Both the position numbers and the translations under genes were made by a program. The notes under the pieces are model-generated. The model was not told the DNA's origin, did no database searches, and worked only from the letters and a program-made list of their open reading frames with translations. From positions 1-22,662 of the forward strand of contig CBDUQR010000042.1 in NCBI GenBank assembly GCA_965369655.1: 22,662 bases of DNA. Reading direction: 5' to 3'. The first letter of the stretch is position 1, and every line of letters begins with the position of its first letter. Source of the DNA: an uncultured bacterium (GTDB taxonomy: Bacteria; Zixibacteria; MSB-5A5; JAABVY01; JAHJOQ01). Positions 1-7,993 of this stretch are shown in pieces.

Positions 1-402
1 GAATAGAATAAAACTCTATCTTCTCGATGTGTCCACTTAATCGGGGGAGGTTCATCTACTCCGTTGATGAATTACATGTCTTAGAATCGGCCCCCGACTG
101 AATCGGGCAGAAGCTGTGATGATCTGATTGGGCTGTATTGAAAAGTCATTACTTGCTAATGCAGGAATGGTCCGTGAGCAACTCGATACGAAATATGCCG
201 CCGCAGGCGACTTGAACAGGACATGAAGCATTTCAACATATAGATGTTGGTATGTATTTGTGTCGTCTCGAAGGGAGGAACTTGGCGCTGCGTGACTTGC
301 AGTGTCGTCTGGATTCATAGCCAGGTACGGAATATAGCATTCATCAGCATTGAGGGGATTGGTCACAATTTTGAAAAAGGTAGGAAAGAGAGGAAGAGAG
401 AG

Positions 403-3400
403 ATGAAAAAAGTTTTCTATTCATTAGCAATTCTGTTACTGGTTTTTGCTGTAGCGATGGCGCAGGATTTCTTCGACACCTCTGACGATCTCTTTGATCC
501 GGATGTCGTCAGATTCGGAATCCCGGCTTCAGCGCCGGCTTCACCAGACACATCTGTCACAGGAACTCTGGACAAGTCGAAGTTTCCAATCATCGAGATG
601 TACGTCGATGTCAGAGACGACCAGGGGATGCCGATTCCCGGGCTGACCGAATCTGATTTCTGCGTCAGCCAGGACGGCGTTCCTGTCAGTTTCCAGGTAA
701 CTGAAGTCGGCCAGCAGGGATGTCCTACATCTGTTTCCCTTGTGATCGACGCAAGTGGCAGCATGTACGGTACACCGATCGCTGATGCCAGAGAAGCAGC
801 GAGGCAGTTCGTCAGGAACATGGATGTCTTCGATGAGGTGGCCATAATACCATTCGGACAATTCGACGATTGCGTTGACTCGAATCATGCTTTTTCCAAC
901 GATACTACCGTTTTGATGGCGGAGATCGCCGGAATTGAAGCAGTCGGAATGACCCCTCTTCATGACGGTATCTGGGTTGGGGTTGATCTCGTAGCTCAAC
1001 AGCTTGGTTCGAAGGCAGTTATCGCATTCTCAGACGGGATAGAGAACTGGAGCGACGAGTGCTGGCCACCGCCGACATCAAGCATGCCGGGCGATTCGAT
1101 CATCATCTGCGACAAAGCCAACGCCGCAGGATCACCCATATTTACGATTGGTATCGGCAACGTCACACCTGCAAACCTCATGTCGTTCGCATGGGGAACC
1201 GGTGGATACTATCAGTACGCACCGAGCGCATCCGACATGGATTCCCTGTACAGCGTCATCAAGGAGACGCTCTGCAGTCGCTACTTCATCACATTCACCA
1301 GTCCCGATACTATACAGGATGGTGACACGCATGAAGTAGTGGTCTGTGAAGGAGGTCAGAGTTGCTGGCCATGCGACACTCTGTACTATACAGAGGATTG
1401 TTCGCCGGTCATCGCCGTTGATCCAACGACCGATTCGCTTGGCTATGACTGTCAGTTACCTGATGAAGATATGATGATCTGCGCCTACGTAACTGACAAC
1501 TGCGAGCCGTTCCTGGAAGGTGTGACCCTTTACTGGCGTCACTCCGATCCCAATCCGACCAGCTATAGTTCCATGCCCATGTCGAATTCGGGAGGTGATC
1601 TGTTTTGCGCTGTCATCCCTGACAGTTCCATACCGATCGGGACCTCTGCAATCGACTACTACGTAGTAGCAACCGATGGTGTGGCTACGACTTCCTATCC
1701 CGCGGACAATCCGCAACTCTATCCGATCTCGGTTAGCATCTGCCCGAATGATCTGCCGTTTATCGATCACACCATGCCCATGGCTAACTGCGATGAGGAC
1801 TTGCTCATTAGCGCAACAGTAATCGATACCTTCCACTTTGTCGATCATGCCATGCTCTATTACCGAAAGACGGGTGACATTCTGTATGACAACACTCCGA
1901 TGGCGCCTGGTACAACTCCAAATACATGGGAAGGAACGATACCTGCGTCATACGTTGTCGAGACCGGCGTTGACTACATCATACGCGCCTGGGACGATTT
2001 CGGCGCAATGTCGGAAATCGGTCCGTTGACGCTATTCTGCGGCTCCCCGGGTTGCTATCCAGATCTTCCGCCCCCAGTATTGATCGTCGAGGAATGTGCC
2101 GAGCAGACACTGTCGTCCACGAGGTTCTTTCTCGATGTACTGAACTGGGATGTCTACCCGGATGAGTTGTTCGAGCCTGCGCCCGATCTTCCGCCGTGCG
2201 GCGACAATCCGAATTCCGCTCGCTCCTGGGTCGACATCTTCGACCAGGACGGCAATTACATTTACGGATTCTGCGCACTCGGACAGTCATCCGATATGAA
2301 CAACATGTGGTTCTCGATTCAGGGTGGTATCTGGCCTGATTCCGTTTATATCACGATTACTGATCGCCGATGCGATATTGTCTACACATCGAACATGGCT
2401 CCGATCGAAAACATCATGTTCCCGCCGACGATTGTCTGCCCAGAAGACACATTCGTCGTCACGCTGCAGAATCCTGACGATGTGTGCGTTCCTCTTCCGA
2501 TCGCGGGCGATGTGACAGTCACTGCCGGCGACGCAACATGGGACAATGGTCAACTCTGCTTCTACGCCGATCAGAGCGGAATGTACATGTTCCAGGTTCA
2601 TGCCTCCAATGATTGCGGCGACGATTATTGTGATGTATACGTTGACGTCACTGTGGGTGGCATTAACCCAACCCCCGAATGGATCAATGTATTCTGCTAC
2701 GAACCGATGCTCAACGGCATACCTCTGAATGAGGGCGACGTTGTCAGGGCGTACGATCCTGATGGCGTGCTGTGCGGTATGGATATTGTCGGTGCCGACG
2801 GCACCTTCGGGTTTATGCCCGTTTACAGAGACGATCCGTACTCGCCCGGTATCGATGAAGGCGCAGATCCGGGAGACGTGATTTCATTCTCAATCAATGG
2901 CGAGATGGTCCTTACCGATCCGATCGTTATCTGGACATCGAACGGTGCCTTAGTCGAGGTTTGCAGCTTCAGCACCTGTAAACAGATCCATCTCAATTCC
3001 GGCTGGAACCTGATCTCGTGGAATCTCAACTACATAGCTTCCATCGAAGATTTCCTGATGGAGCAGTTCGACGGCACTGACTGCCTTGACGTCATTCTCT
3101 CGTTCGACATGGGCGCGCTGACGTACGATCCGCTGCTTCCGGATTTCGCCACCCTCCATACTGTCGACTATCATCATGGCTACTGGATCAGGATCAATTG
3201 TGAATGGGATATCGAAATCTGCGGCCAGATGATAGACCCCGGCGAGTACATTCATGTCTACAACGGCTGGAATCTCGTCAGCTACTGGCCCATGGAAACA
3301 ATGACTGTCGAAGATGGCTTCGTGTCAATCCTCGATGTTCTCGATGTCGCTATCGGCTTCGACAATGGCGGACAGGTTTGGCTGCCGGGTGATCCGTCGA

Positions 3401-4146
3401 TGAACACGCTCACTGAGCTACGGGAGTGTTTCGGCTACTGGGCCAAGGTCAGTGAAGACCGCACGCTCTGTTATCCGGGCTGGTGCGATGGTGTTCCACC
3501 TCCAGCGAAGATCGATCCGAATGCCGTGTCTTTCGATGTGACACCATCGCGATACTGGATGTCGATCTATGGCAAAAACCTGACGCTCGATGGCAACAAC
3601 ATCGAGAACGTGGCTGAAATTGAAATCTACTCCGCCGAAGGTTTGCTGTGTGGAACCGGCGTCTACGAGAATGAACTGCTCAGGTTCACGCCGATATACG
3701 GTCACGATGCACTCGACAATGCTACGACCGGCTATCCACGCGATGGCGAGCTTGTCAGCCTCCATGTCAACGGCGTCAGGGTGTATCCTGATATCGTCTG
3801 GTCCGGGCACGGGAACTCTGCGAGACTCGACAACCTGTCGACAACCAAAGATGGCAGCATGACTCCGGGCAGTTTCAGACTTGCACAGAACTACCCGAAC
3901 CCGTTCAACCCGACTACGGTCATCTCGTTCTCGCTCGAAAGTCCGGGACGTGTCGACCTCGCGATTTACAACCTCCTCGGCCAGTCAATTCGCACATTGA
4001 TAAACGCCAATATGCAGGCTGGCGATCACGAGACAGTCTGGGATGGCACCGATGACAACGGAATGCCTGTCTCATCAGGCGTCTATTTCTACAGGTTGCA
4101 GGCCGGCTCATTCAGCAAAACTATGAAAATGATGCTGATGAAGTAG
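403..4146 (+). CDS. Large secreted von Willebrand factor A (VWA) domain protein with Ig-like repeats and a C-terminal T9SS type-A-like/FlgD-Ig domain (1247 aa)
   Basis: ATG at 403 follows a purine-rich leader (aggaagagagag). Signal peptide MKKVFYSLAILLLVFAVAMA|QD. MIDAS motif DASGS (748-762) plus T (GMTPLHD) and D (FSDG). C-terminus FRLAQNYPNPFNPTT...WDGTDDNG..VSSGVYFYRL...KMMLMK. The upstream TTG at 244 is not used as the start. Confidence 0.88.
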   Translation: MKKVFYSLAILLLVFAVAMAQDFFDTSDDLFDPDVVRFGIPASAPASPDTSVTGTLDKSKFPIIEMYVDVRDDQGMPIPGLTESDFCVSQDGVPVSFQVTEVGQQGCPTSVSLVIDASGSMYGTPIADAREAARQFVRNMDVFDEVAIIPFGQFDDCVDSNHAFSNDTTVLMAEIAGIEAVGMTPLHDGIWVGVDLVAQQLGSKAVIAFSDGIENWSDECWPPPTSSMPGDSIIICDKANAAGSPIFTIGIGNVTPANLMSFAWGTGGYYQYAPSASDMDSLYSVIKETLCSRYFITFTSPDTIQDGDTHEVVVCEGGQSCWPCDTLYYTEDCSPVIAVDPTTDSLGYDCQLPDEDMMICAYVTDNCEPFLEGVTLYWRHSDPNPTSYSSMPMSNSGGDLFCAVIPDSSIPIGTSAIDYYVVATDGVATTSYPADNPQLYPISVSICPNDLPFIDHTMPMANCDEDLLISATVIDTFHFVDHAMLYYRKTGDILYDNTPMAPGTTPNTWEGTIPASYVVETGVDYIIRAWDDFGAMSEIGPLTLFCGSPGCYPDLPPPVLIVEECAEQTLSSTRFFLDVLNWDVYPDELFEPAPDLPPCGDNPNSARSWVDIFDQDGNYIYGFCALGQSSDMNNMWFSIQGGIWPDSVYITITDRRCDIVYTSNMAPIENIMFPPTIVCPEDTFVVTLQNPDDVCVPLPIAGDVTVTAGDATWDNGQLCFYADQSGMYMFQVHASNDCGDDYCDVYVDVTVGGINPTPEWINVFCYEPMLNGIPLNEGDVVRAYDPDGVLCGMDIVGADGTFGFMPVYRDDPYSPGIDEGADPGDVISFSINGEMVLTDPIVIWTSNGALVEVCSFSTCKQIHLNSGWNLISWNLNYIASIEDFLMEQFDGTDCLDVILSFDMGALTYDPLLPDFATLHTVDYHHGYWIRINCEWDIEICGQMIDPGEYIHVYNGWNLVSYWPMETMTVEDGFVSILDVLDVAIGFDNGGQVWLPGDPSMNTLTELRECFGYWAKVSEDRTLCYPGWCDGVPPPAKIDPNAVSFDVTPSRYWMSIYGKNLTLDGNNIENVAEIEIYSAEGLLCGTGVYENELLRFTPIYGHDALDNATTGYPRDGELVSLHVNGVRVYPDIVWSGHGNSARLDNLSTTKDGSMTPGSFRLAQNYPNPFNPTTVISFSLESPGRVDLAIYNLLGQSIRTLINANMQAGDHETVWDGTDDNGMPVSSGVYFYRLQAGSFSKTMKMMLMK

Positions 4147-4203
4147 AGCAGGTCAATACCATCGGTTGGCGTCATGCGACATTTCAATCGGTGACGACAA
4201 AGT

Positions 4204-4243
4204 CAGAAACGCCGAGTCATATATCTCGGCGTTTCTGCTTTTT
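4204..4243 (+). terminator. Intrinsic terminator after the VWA gene
   Basis: Perfect 13-bp stem cagaaacgccgag / ctcggcgtttctg with an 8-nt loop, followed by cttttt, about 60 nt after the stop codon. Confidence 0.85.
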
Positions 4244-4275
4244 GGCTTATTGCAGGAGACAACTGACTTATTCCT

Positions 4276-4301
4276 ACAGGCCAAGAGCTGTGCTCCTGAC
4301 G
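4276..4301 (+). repeat. Degenerate GTAG-type REP-like palindrome (related to the copy at 12838-12865)
   Basis: acaggccaagagc-tgtgc-tcctgacg aligns with the minus strand of 12838-12865 (gtaggtcaggagc-cccgcgt-tcctgacg). Confidence 0.45.
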
Positions 4302-4329
4302 ATCTTCTGCCGACAGCATTGGATTTCGC

Positions 4330-4392
4330 CGTCATTGCGAGCAAAGCGTGGCAATCTCTTGTCGAGCAGCGGATTGCCGGAGTGAGATCGCC
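4330..4392. repeat. CGTC-type REP-like palindromic element (partial dimer)
   Basis: cgtcattgcgagcaaagcgtggcaatctc (4330-4358) has inner arms attgc/gcaat and resembles the widespread CGTCATTGCGAG..GCAATC repeat. Partial inverted partner arms: gattgcc (4372-4378) and gagatcgcc (4384-4392). Confidence 0.6.
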
Positions 4393-4470
4393 AATTCGTG
4401 CCCGACATAAGGTTTCTCAATATACCCATATCCCGGCAGCTATCTTGAAACCAACGACGGCACTTTGCAT

Positions 4471-4499
4471 TTGACACGTCCATTTGCCACACATATATT
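4471..4499 (+). promoter_or_regulatory. sigma70-type promoter for the beta-propeller lipoprotein gene
   Basis: TTGACA (4471-4476), 17-nt spacer, TATATT (4494-4499), about 40 nt upstream of the ORF. Confidence 0.7.
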
Positions 4500-4539
4500 C
4501 GAGAACTATGGAATCTGAGTCCTTGTATAAGCGTTGAAT

Positions 4540-6384
4540 ATGAAATCGAGGAATGCCTTGAACATAACAAAACTCTTCAGCATCAGATTGCCGCGCGTGT
4601 CTGCGATCGCGGCATTGGTGACAATCATTTGTGTCGCCCTCACCGGCTGCTTCGAGGAGACACCGATCGAACCAACGGAACTTTCGAGCAGCCTGTCGCT
4701 CGAAAATGAGTGGTCCTCTCCTCAGCCACAGTCAAATGATCTCTTCGGTATCTGGGTGGACAGCCTGACCTCAGCAATCTACTGCGTTGGCGAATTCGGC
4801 ACTGCGGTCAGAATTGATGCTGCGGGAGCGACTGTAATTCCGGTCAATGGCAGCCCTAATCTCGAAGCAGTATGGGTATCTCCGGGCGGTTTTGTCTATG
4901 CCTGCGGTAGTAGCGGTCTGACATGGAAACTAAGCTTAGGTGGAATATTCGGATTGGCCGACACCGGACCGACAAGTGTTGCCTTTCGCGATATATGGGG
5001 ATCATCTGATGATGATATTTTTGTTGTCGGCGATGATGGAACCATCAGACATTTCGATGGCAGCAATTGGTCAACGATGGACTCGCGCTTCGACAAAACG
5101 CTGTTCTCCGTCTGGGGTAGATCGAATACGGATGTTTATGCGGTCGGCTCCGATGGGGTGATCCTGCACTATGATGGAAACGTATGGGATTCCATGCCGA
5201 CCCCGATCAGCCTAACTCTGTTTTCCGTCTGGGGTTTCGACGAGGCCAAGATTTACGCCGTAGGCCAGGCTGGCAAAGTCCTGAGCTATGACTCGTCTCT
5301 CGACGAATGGGTCGAAATCAATATCGAGACACCATCAAACCTTGTCTCTGTCTGGGGAACCTCTGACGACAACCTGTTCGCATCAGGCATCAACGACACG
5401 ATCTACCGCTTCCTACCTATGGACAACGTATGGACCGCTTTCGGTTCGCTCCCGGTAACAGTATGGGACTTGCACGGTGATCCATCCGAAAGCGACTTTC
5501 ACCTCTGCGGTGTCGGCGGTCTGGTCGCTCGTGGTGATCCGGCAGAGGAGGAATTCACCCTGATTGCCCCGCGCCCACTCGCCCCTGCTCTGCTGGCCAT
5601 CTGGGGACTTCACACGGATGAAGTCTTTGCCGCAGGAAACAGCGGCGTCATCCTGGCTAAGGATGGGGAGGGCTGGCGATTGGTAGCACAAGGAGACACA
5701 AACGACATTTTCGACCTGTGGGGAGATACAAAGAACTCCATTTTCGCCGCTGCCGGCAACAGGATTCTGAAATTCAACGGCCACGCCTGGACCGTAACTT
5801 ATGACGGCGACACCCTCGAATCCTATCGAAGCATCTGGGGACGAGACTCCTGGGATGTATATGCCGCGGGCGAATCTGGACGGGTCATCCACTTTGACGG
5901 CATCGGGTGGACACAGATCGAGACTGGTATAGATGCGACCATCGTAGCCATCCGAGGGACCAGCGATGGAATCGTTTTCGCTGCTACGATTGACGGCTCA
6001 ATCCTAAAGTACGACGGCGCAGCATGGACCACTCTCCACAGCGATAGCAGGCACCGGTTCAGAAACCTGCTCGTCCTGAACAGCCAGCAGCTAATCGCAG
6101 TTGGAGCCGACAGATTAGCTGTTCACTTTGATGGTGGAATATGGCGCACGATGCTCTGGATCGGCGGAGACAATTTTGAGGATGTATGGGGATTAAGCTA
6201 TGATCGCATATTCGCTGTCGGATCACTTGGAGCAATCTGGTACTTCAACGGCGAATACTGGATTGAGATGCCTTCAAGCACATCTCGGAATCTGCATGGA
6301 ATCTGGGGCGCCGAGCCTGACCGGTTCTATGTTGTCGGCGATCTCGGCACTATACTGAGGTACAGCGTTACTCAGAGCGACTAA
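4540..6384 (+). CDS. Lipoprotein with 14 Trp-Gly beta-propeller repeats (probable double 7-bladed propeller)
   Basis: Hydrophobic stretch ending in lipobox LTGC. About 40-aa repeats of consensus L.[SD][IV]WG....[IV][FY]AVG..G.I.H[FY]DG..W. Start uncertain (TTG 4534, ATG 4540 or a later TTG). Confidence 0.8.
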   Translation: MKSRNALNITKLFSIRLPRVSAIAALVTIICVALTGCFEETPIEPTELSSSLSLENEWSSPQPQSNDLFGIWVDSLTSAIYCVGEFGTAVRIDAAGATVIPVNGSPNLEAVWVSPGGFVYACGSSGLTWKLSLGGIFGLADTGPTSVAFRDIWGSSDDDIFVVGDDGTIRHFDGSNWSTMDSRFDKTLFSVWGRSNTDVYAVGSDGVILHYDGNVWDSMPTPISLTLFSVWGFDEAKIYAVGQAGKVLSYDSSLDEWVEINIETPSNLVSVWGTSDDNLFASGINDTIYRFLPMDNVWTAFGSLPVTVWDLHGDPSESDFHLCGVGGLVARGDPAEEEFTLIAPRPLAPALLAIWGLHTDEVFAAGNSGVILAKDGEGWRLVAQGDTNDIFDLWGDTKNSIFAAAGNRILKFNGHAWTVTYDGDTLESYRSIWGRDSWDVYAAGESGRVIHFDGIGWTQIETGIDATIVAIRGTSDGIVFAATIDGSILKYDGAAWTTLHSDSRHRFRNLLVLNSQQLIAVGADRLAVHFDGGIWRTMLWIGGDNFEDVWGLSYDRIFAVGSLGAIWYFNGEYWIEMPSSTSRNLHGIWGAEPDRFYVVGDLGTILRYSVTQSD

Positions 6385-7403
6385 TCTTTTTCCAGTTCGC
6401 GGACTTTCTCTTCCAGCTTCTTGAGTCGCTTGAGCGTTTCGGGAAGTCTCCTGACACATGCTTCGGTCTTCCTGGCCTTGAGAATCTCACGGGCGGGTGA
6501 ACCGAGAAGTGTCTTGCCCGGCCCGACGTTCTTCGACACGCCCGACTGCGCAGCTATCATCGTACCATCGCCTATCTCGATATGGCCCGTAAGTCCGACC
6601 TGACCACCCGCGACAACATAATTGCCAAGCTTTGTGGAACCTGAAATGCCCACCTGTGCAACGAGGATGCAGCCCTTGCCAGTTGTAACGTTGTGCGCGA
6701 TCTGAACGAGATTGTCGATCTTTGACCCCTCTCCTATCCTCGTCTCTCCGAGTGTTGCTCTGTCGATTGTGACATTGGCGCCGATTTCGACATCGTTCTC
6801 GATACGGACAATCCCGACCTGAGGTATCTTGTGGTGCACGCCTTCAGATGTCGCGTAGCCGAACCCGTCGGACCCGACGACCGTGCCGCTGTGGATAATG
6901 ACTCTGTCGCCAATCCTGCATTCATGGTAGAGTGTCACGTTTGGATACAGCAGGCAGTCGTCGCCCAGCGTGTTTCCTTCACCAATCACGCAGTTAGCGA
7001 GAACAACACTGTTCGCGCCAATCCTCACTCCGTCTTCGACTGTCACCAGCGGTCCGATGTGCGCCGAGCTGTCAATAGATGCGCTCTCCGATATGACTGC
7101 TGTGGCATGAATGCCCGGAGGATAAACTCTCGGCGGGTTGAAAAGCCTCGTGGCTTTCATGAACGCGAGATATGGATCATCGTGCAGGAGAAGCGTCAGT
7201 CTGTCGCTTGACATGGAAATCCCGACGATCACTGCCGATGCGTCGGAACTATCGAGATAGCGTTCGTATTTCTTGTTCGCAATAAATGAGAGATCGCCGG
7301 GACCGGCGGCCTCGATCTCTGAGAGCCGAGTCAGGACGACCGAGTCGTCCCCAGACACATCTGCGCCGATTTTTTCCGCAAGCTCTCGTGCAGTGAATTG
7401 CAT
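6381..7403 (-). CDS. lpxD: UDP-3-O-(3-hydroxyacyl)glucosamine N-acyltransferase LpxD
   Basis: N-terminal A.PGDLSFI.NKKY region, hexapeptide repeats, GSDGFGY, KIPQ.G.V.IE.DVEIGAN.TIDRA, KIDNLVQIAHN. ATG at 7403 lies 1 nt after the skp stop. Confidence 0.96.
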   Translation of the reverse strand: MQFTARELAEKIGADVSGDDSVVLTRLSEIEAAGPGDLSFIANKKYERYLDSSDASAVIVGISMSSDRLTLLLHDDPYLAFMKATRLFNPPRVYPPGIHATAVISESASIDSSAHIGPLVTVEDGVRIGANSVVLANCVIGEGNTLGDDCLLYPNVTLYHECRIGDRVIIHSGTVVGSDGFGYATSEGVHHKIPQVGIVRIENDVEIGANVTIDRATLGETRIGEGSKIDNLVQIAHNVTTGKGCILVAQVGISGSTKLGNYVVAGGQVGLTGHIEIGDGTMIAAQSGVSKNVGPGKTLLGSPAREILKARKTEACVRRLPETLKRLKKLEEKVRELEKD

Positions 7404-7404
7404 T

Positions 7405-7950
7405 CTACCGCAAGTCTTCCAGTTCTTCCAACACCTTTTCCGTGATGTCGAGCGTCTTCTTCGCGTAGGCGATGTTGCCATTGACGGCGTCGAGAATGTA
7501 ATCGTAGTTATTTTCTATCGCGATCTTTTCCAGCACCGCGGTAATCCTATCCAGCAGAGGTTTTGTCAACTGCTGATTTCGCTGCTCCGCCCTGCCGTTC
7601 GGACCGAATATGTCGTTAGTGAACTTCTGAAGCGCGGCCTTTTTGTCTTCGATATCATCCTGCTTCTCTTTGAGCTTGGCAGGACTGAGAATTAAACGCT
7701 GCTTGTCGAGTTCGACTTCGAGTGAGTCGACCTCGCGCTGCAGGTCGTAGCCTTCCTGATTCCACTCATCGATTTCCGTGTTGAAGACGTCCTGCGCCTC
7801 CTGGAATGCCTTGTACTCCTGCCGAATCTTGTACGAGTCAATGTAGACTAACCTGCCCTCCTGGGCAAATGCGACCTCAGATACCGCGCACACGGCCAGG
7901 ATCGTCAGCACAAAGCACGATACGATTCTTGCGGCTCTCCCGTTTGTCAA
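7405..7950 (-). CDS. skp: OmpH/Skp periplasmic outer-membrane protein chaperone
   Basis: Signal peptide, then LVYIDS..I, a long coiled coil and C-terminal YDYILD...IAYA...DITEKVL. Lies between bamA and lpxD. TTG start preceded by aaggagg/ggag. Confidence 0.92.
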   Translation of the reverse strand: MTNGRAARIVSCFVLTILAVCAVSEVAFAQEGRLVYIDSYKIRQEYKAFQEAQDVFNTEIDEWNQEGYDLQREVDSLEVELDKQRLILSPAKLKEKQDDIEDKKAALQKFTNDIFGPNGRAEQRNQQLTKPLLDRITAVLEKIAIENNYDYILDAVNGNIAYAKKTLDITEKVLEELEDLR

Positions 7951-7993
7951 CTCCGTCCTCCTTATTAATCCCGATATTGCATTATCTATTCAA

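Noticed and set aside
1..55. Open minus-strand frame starting at ATG 55 and running off the window (MNLPRLSGHIEKIEFYSI...)
   Set aside because: Only 18 codons are visible and the GGAG is just 3 nt from the ATG. It cannot be supported without the adjacent sequence.
52..366. 104-aa minus-strand ORF
   Set aside because: No SD or recognisable motif, and it overlaps the presumed regulatory region of the VWA gene. Probably spurious.
244..402. 53-aa N-terminal extension of the VWA ORF from the TTG at 244
   Set aside because: The signal peptide and purine-rich SD point to ATG 403.
4458..4476. cggcactttgc as a sigma54 promoter
   Set aside because: The GG-to-GC spacing is not the required 10 nt, and the sigma70 match here is better.
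4153..4570. Short ORFs in the spacer (4166-4474 +, 4191-4385 +, 4153-4344 -, 4274-4570 -)
   Set aside because: They run through a terminator, REP-like repeats or a promoter and have no protein-like features.
7404..7481. Longer lpxD start given in the ORF track
   Set aside because: It overlaps the skp 3' end. LpxD homology begins at MQFTARELA (ATG 7403).
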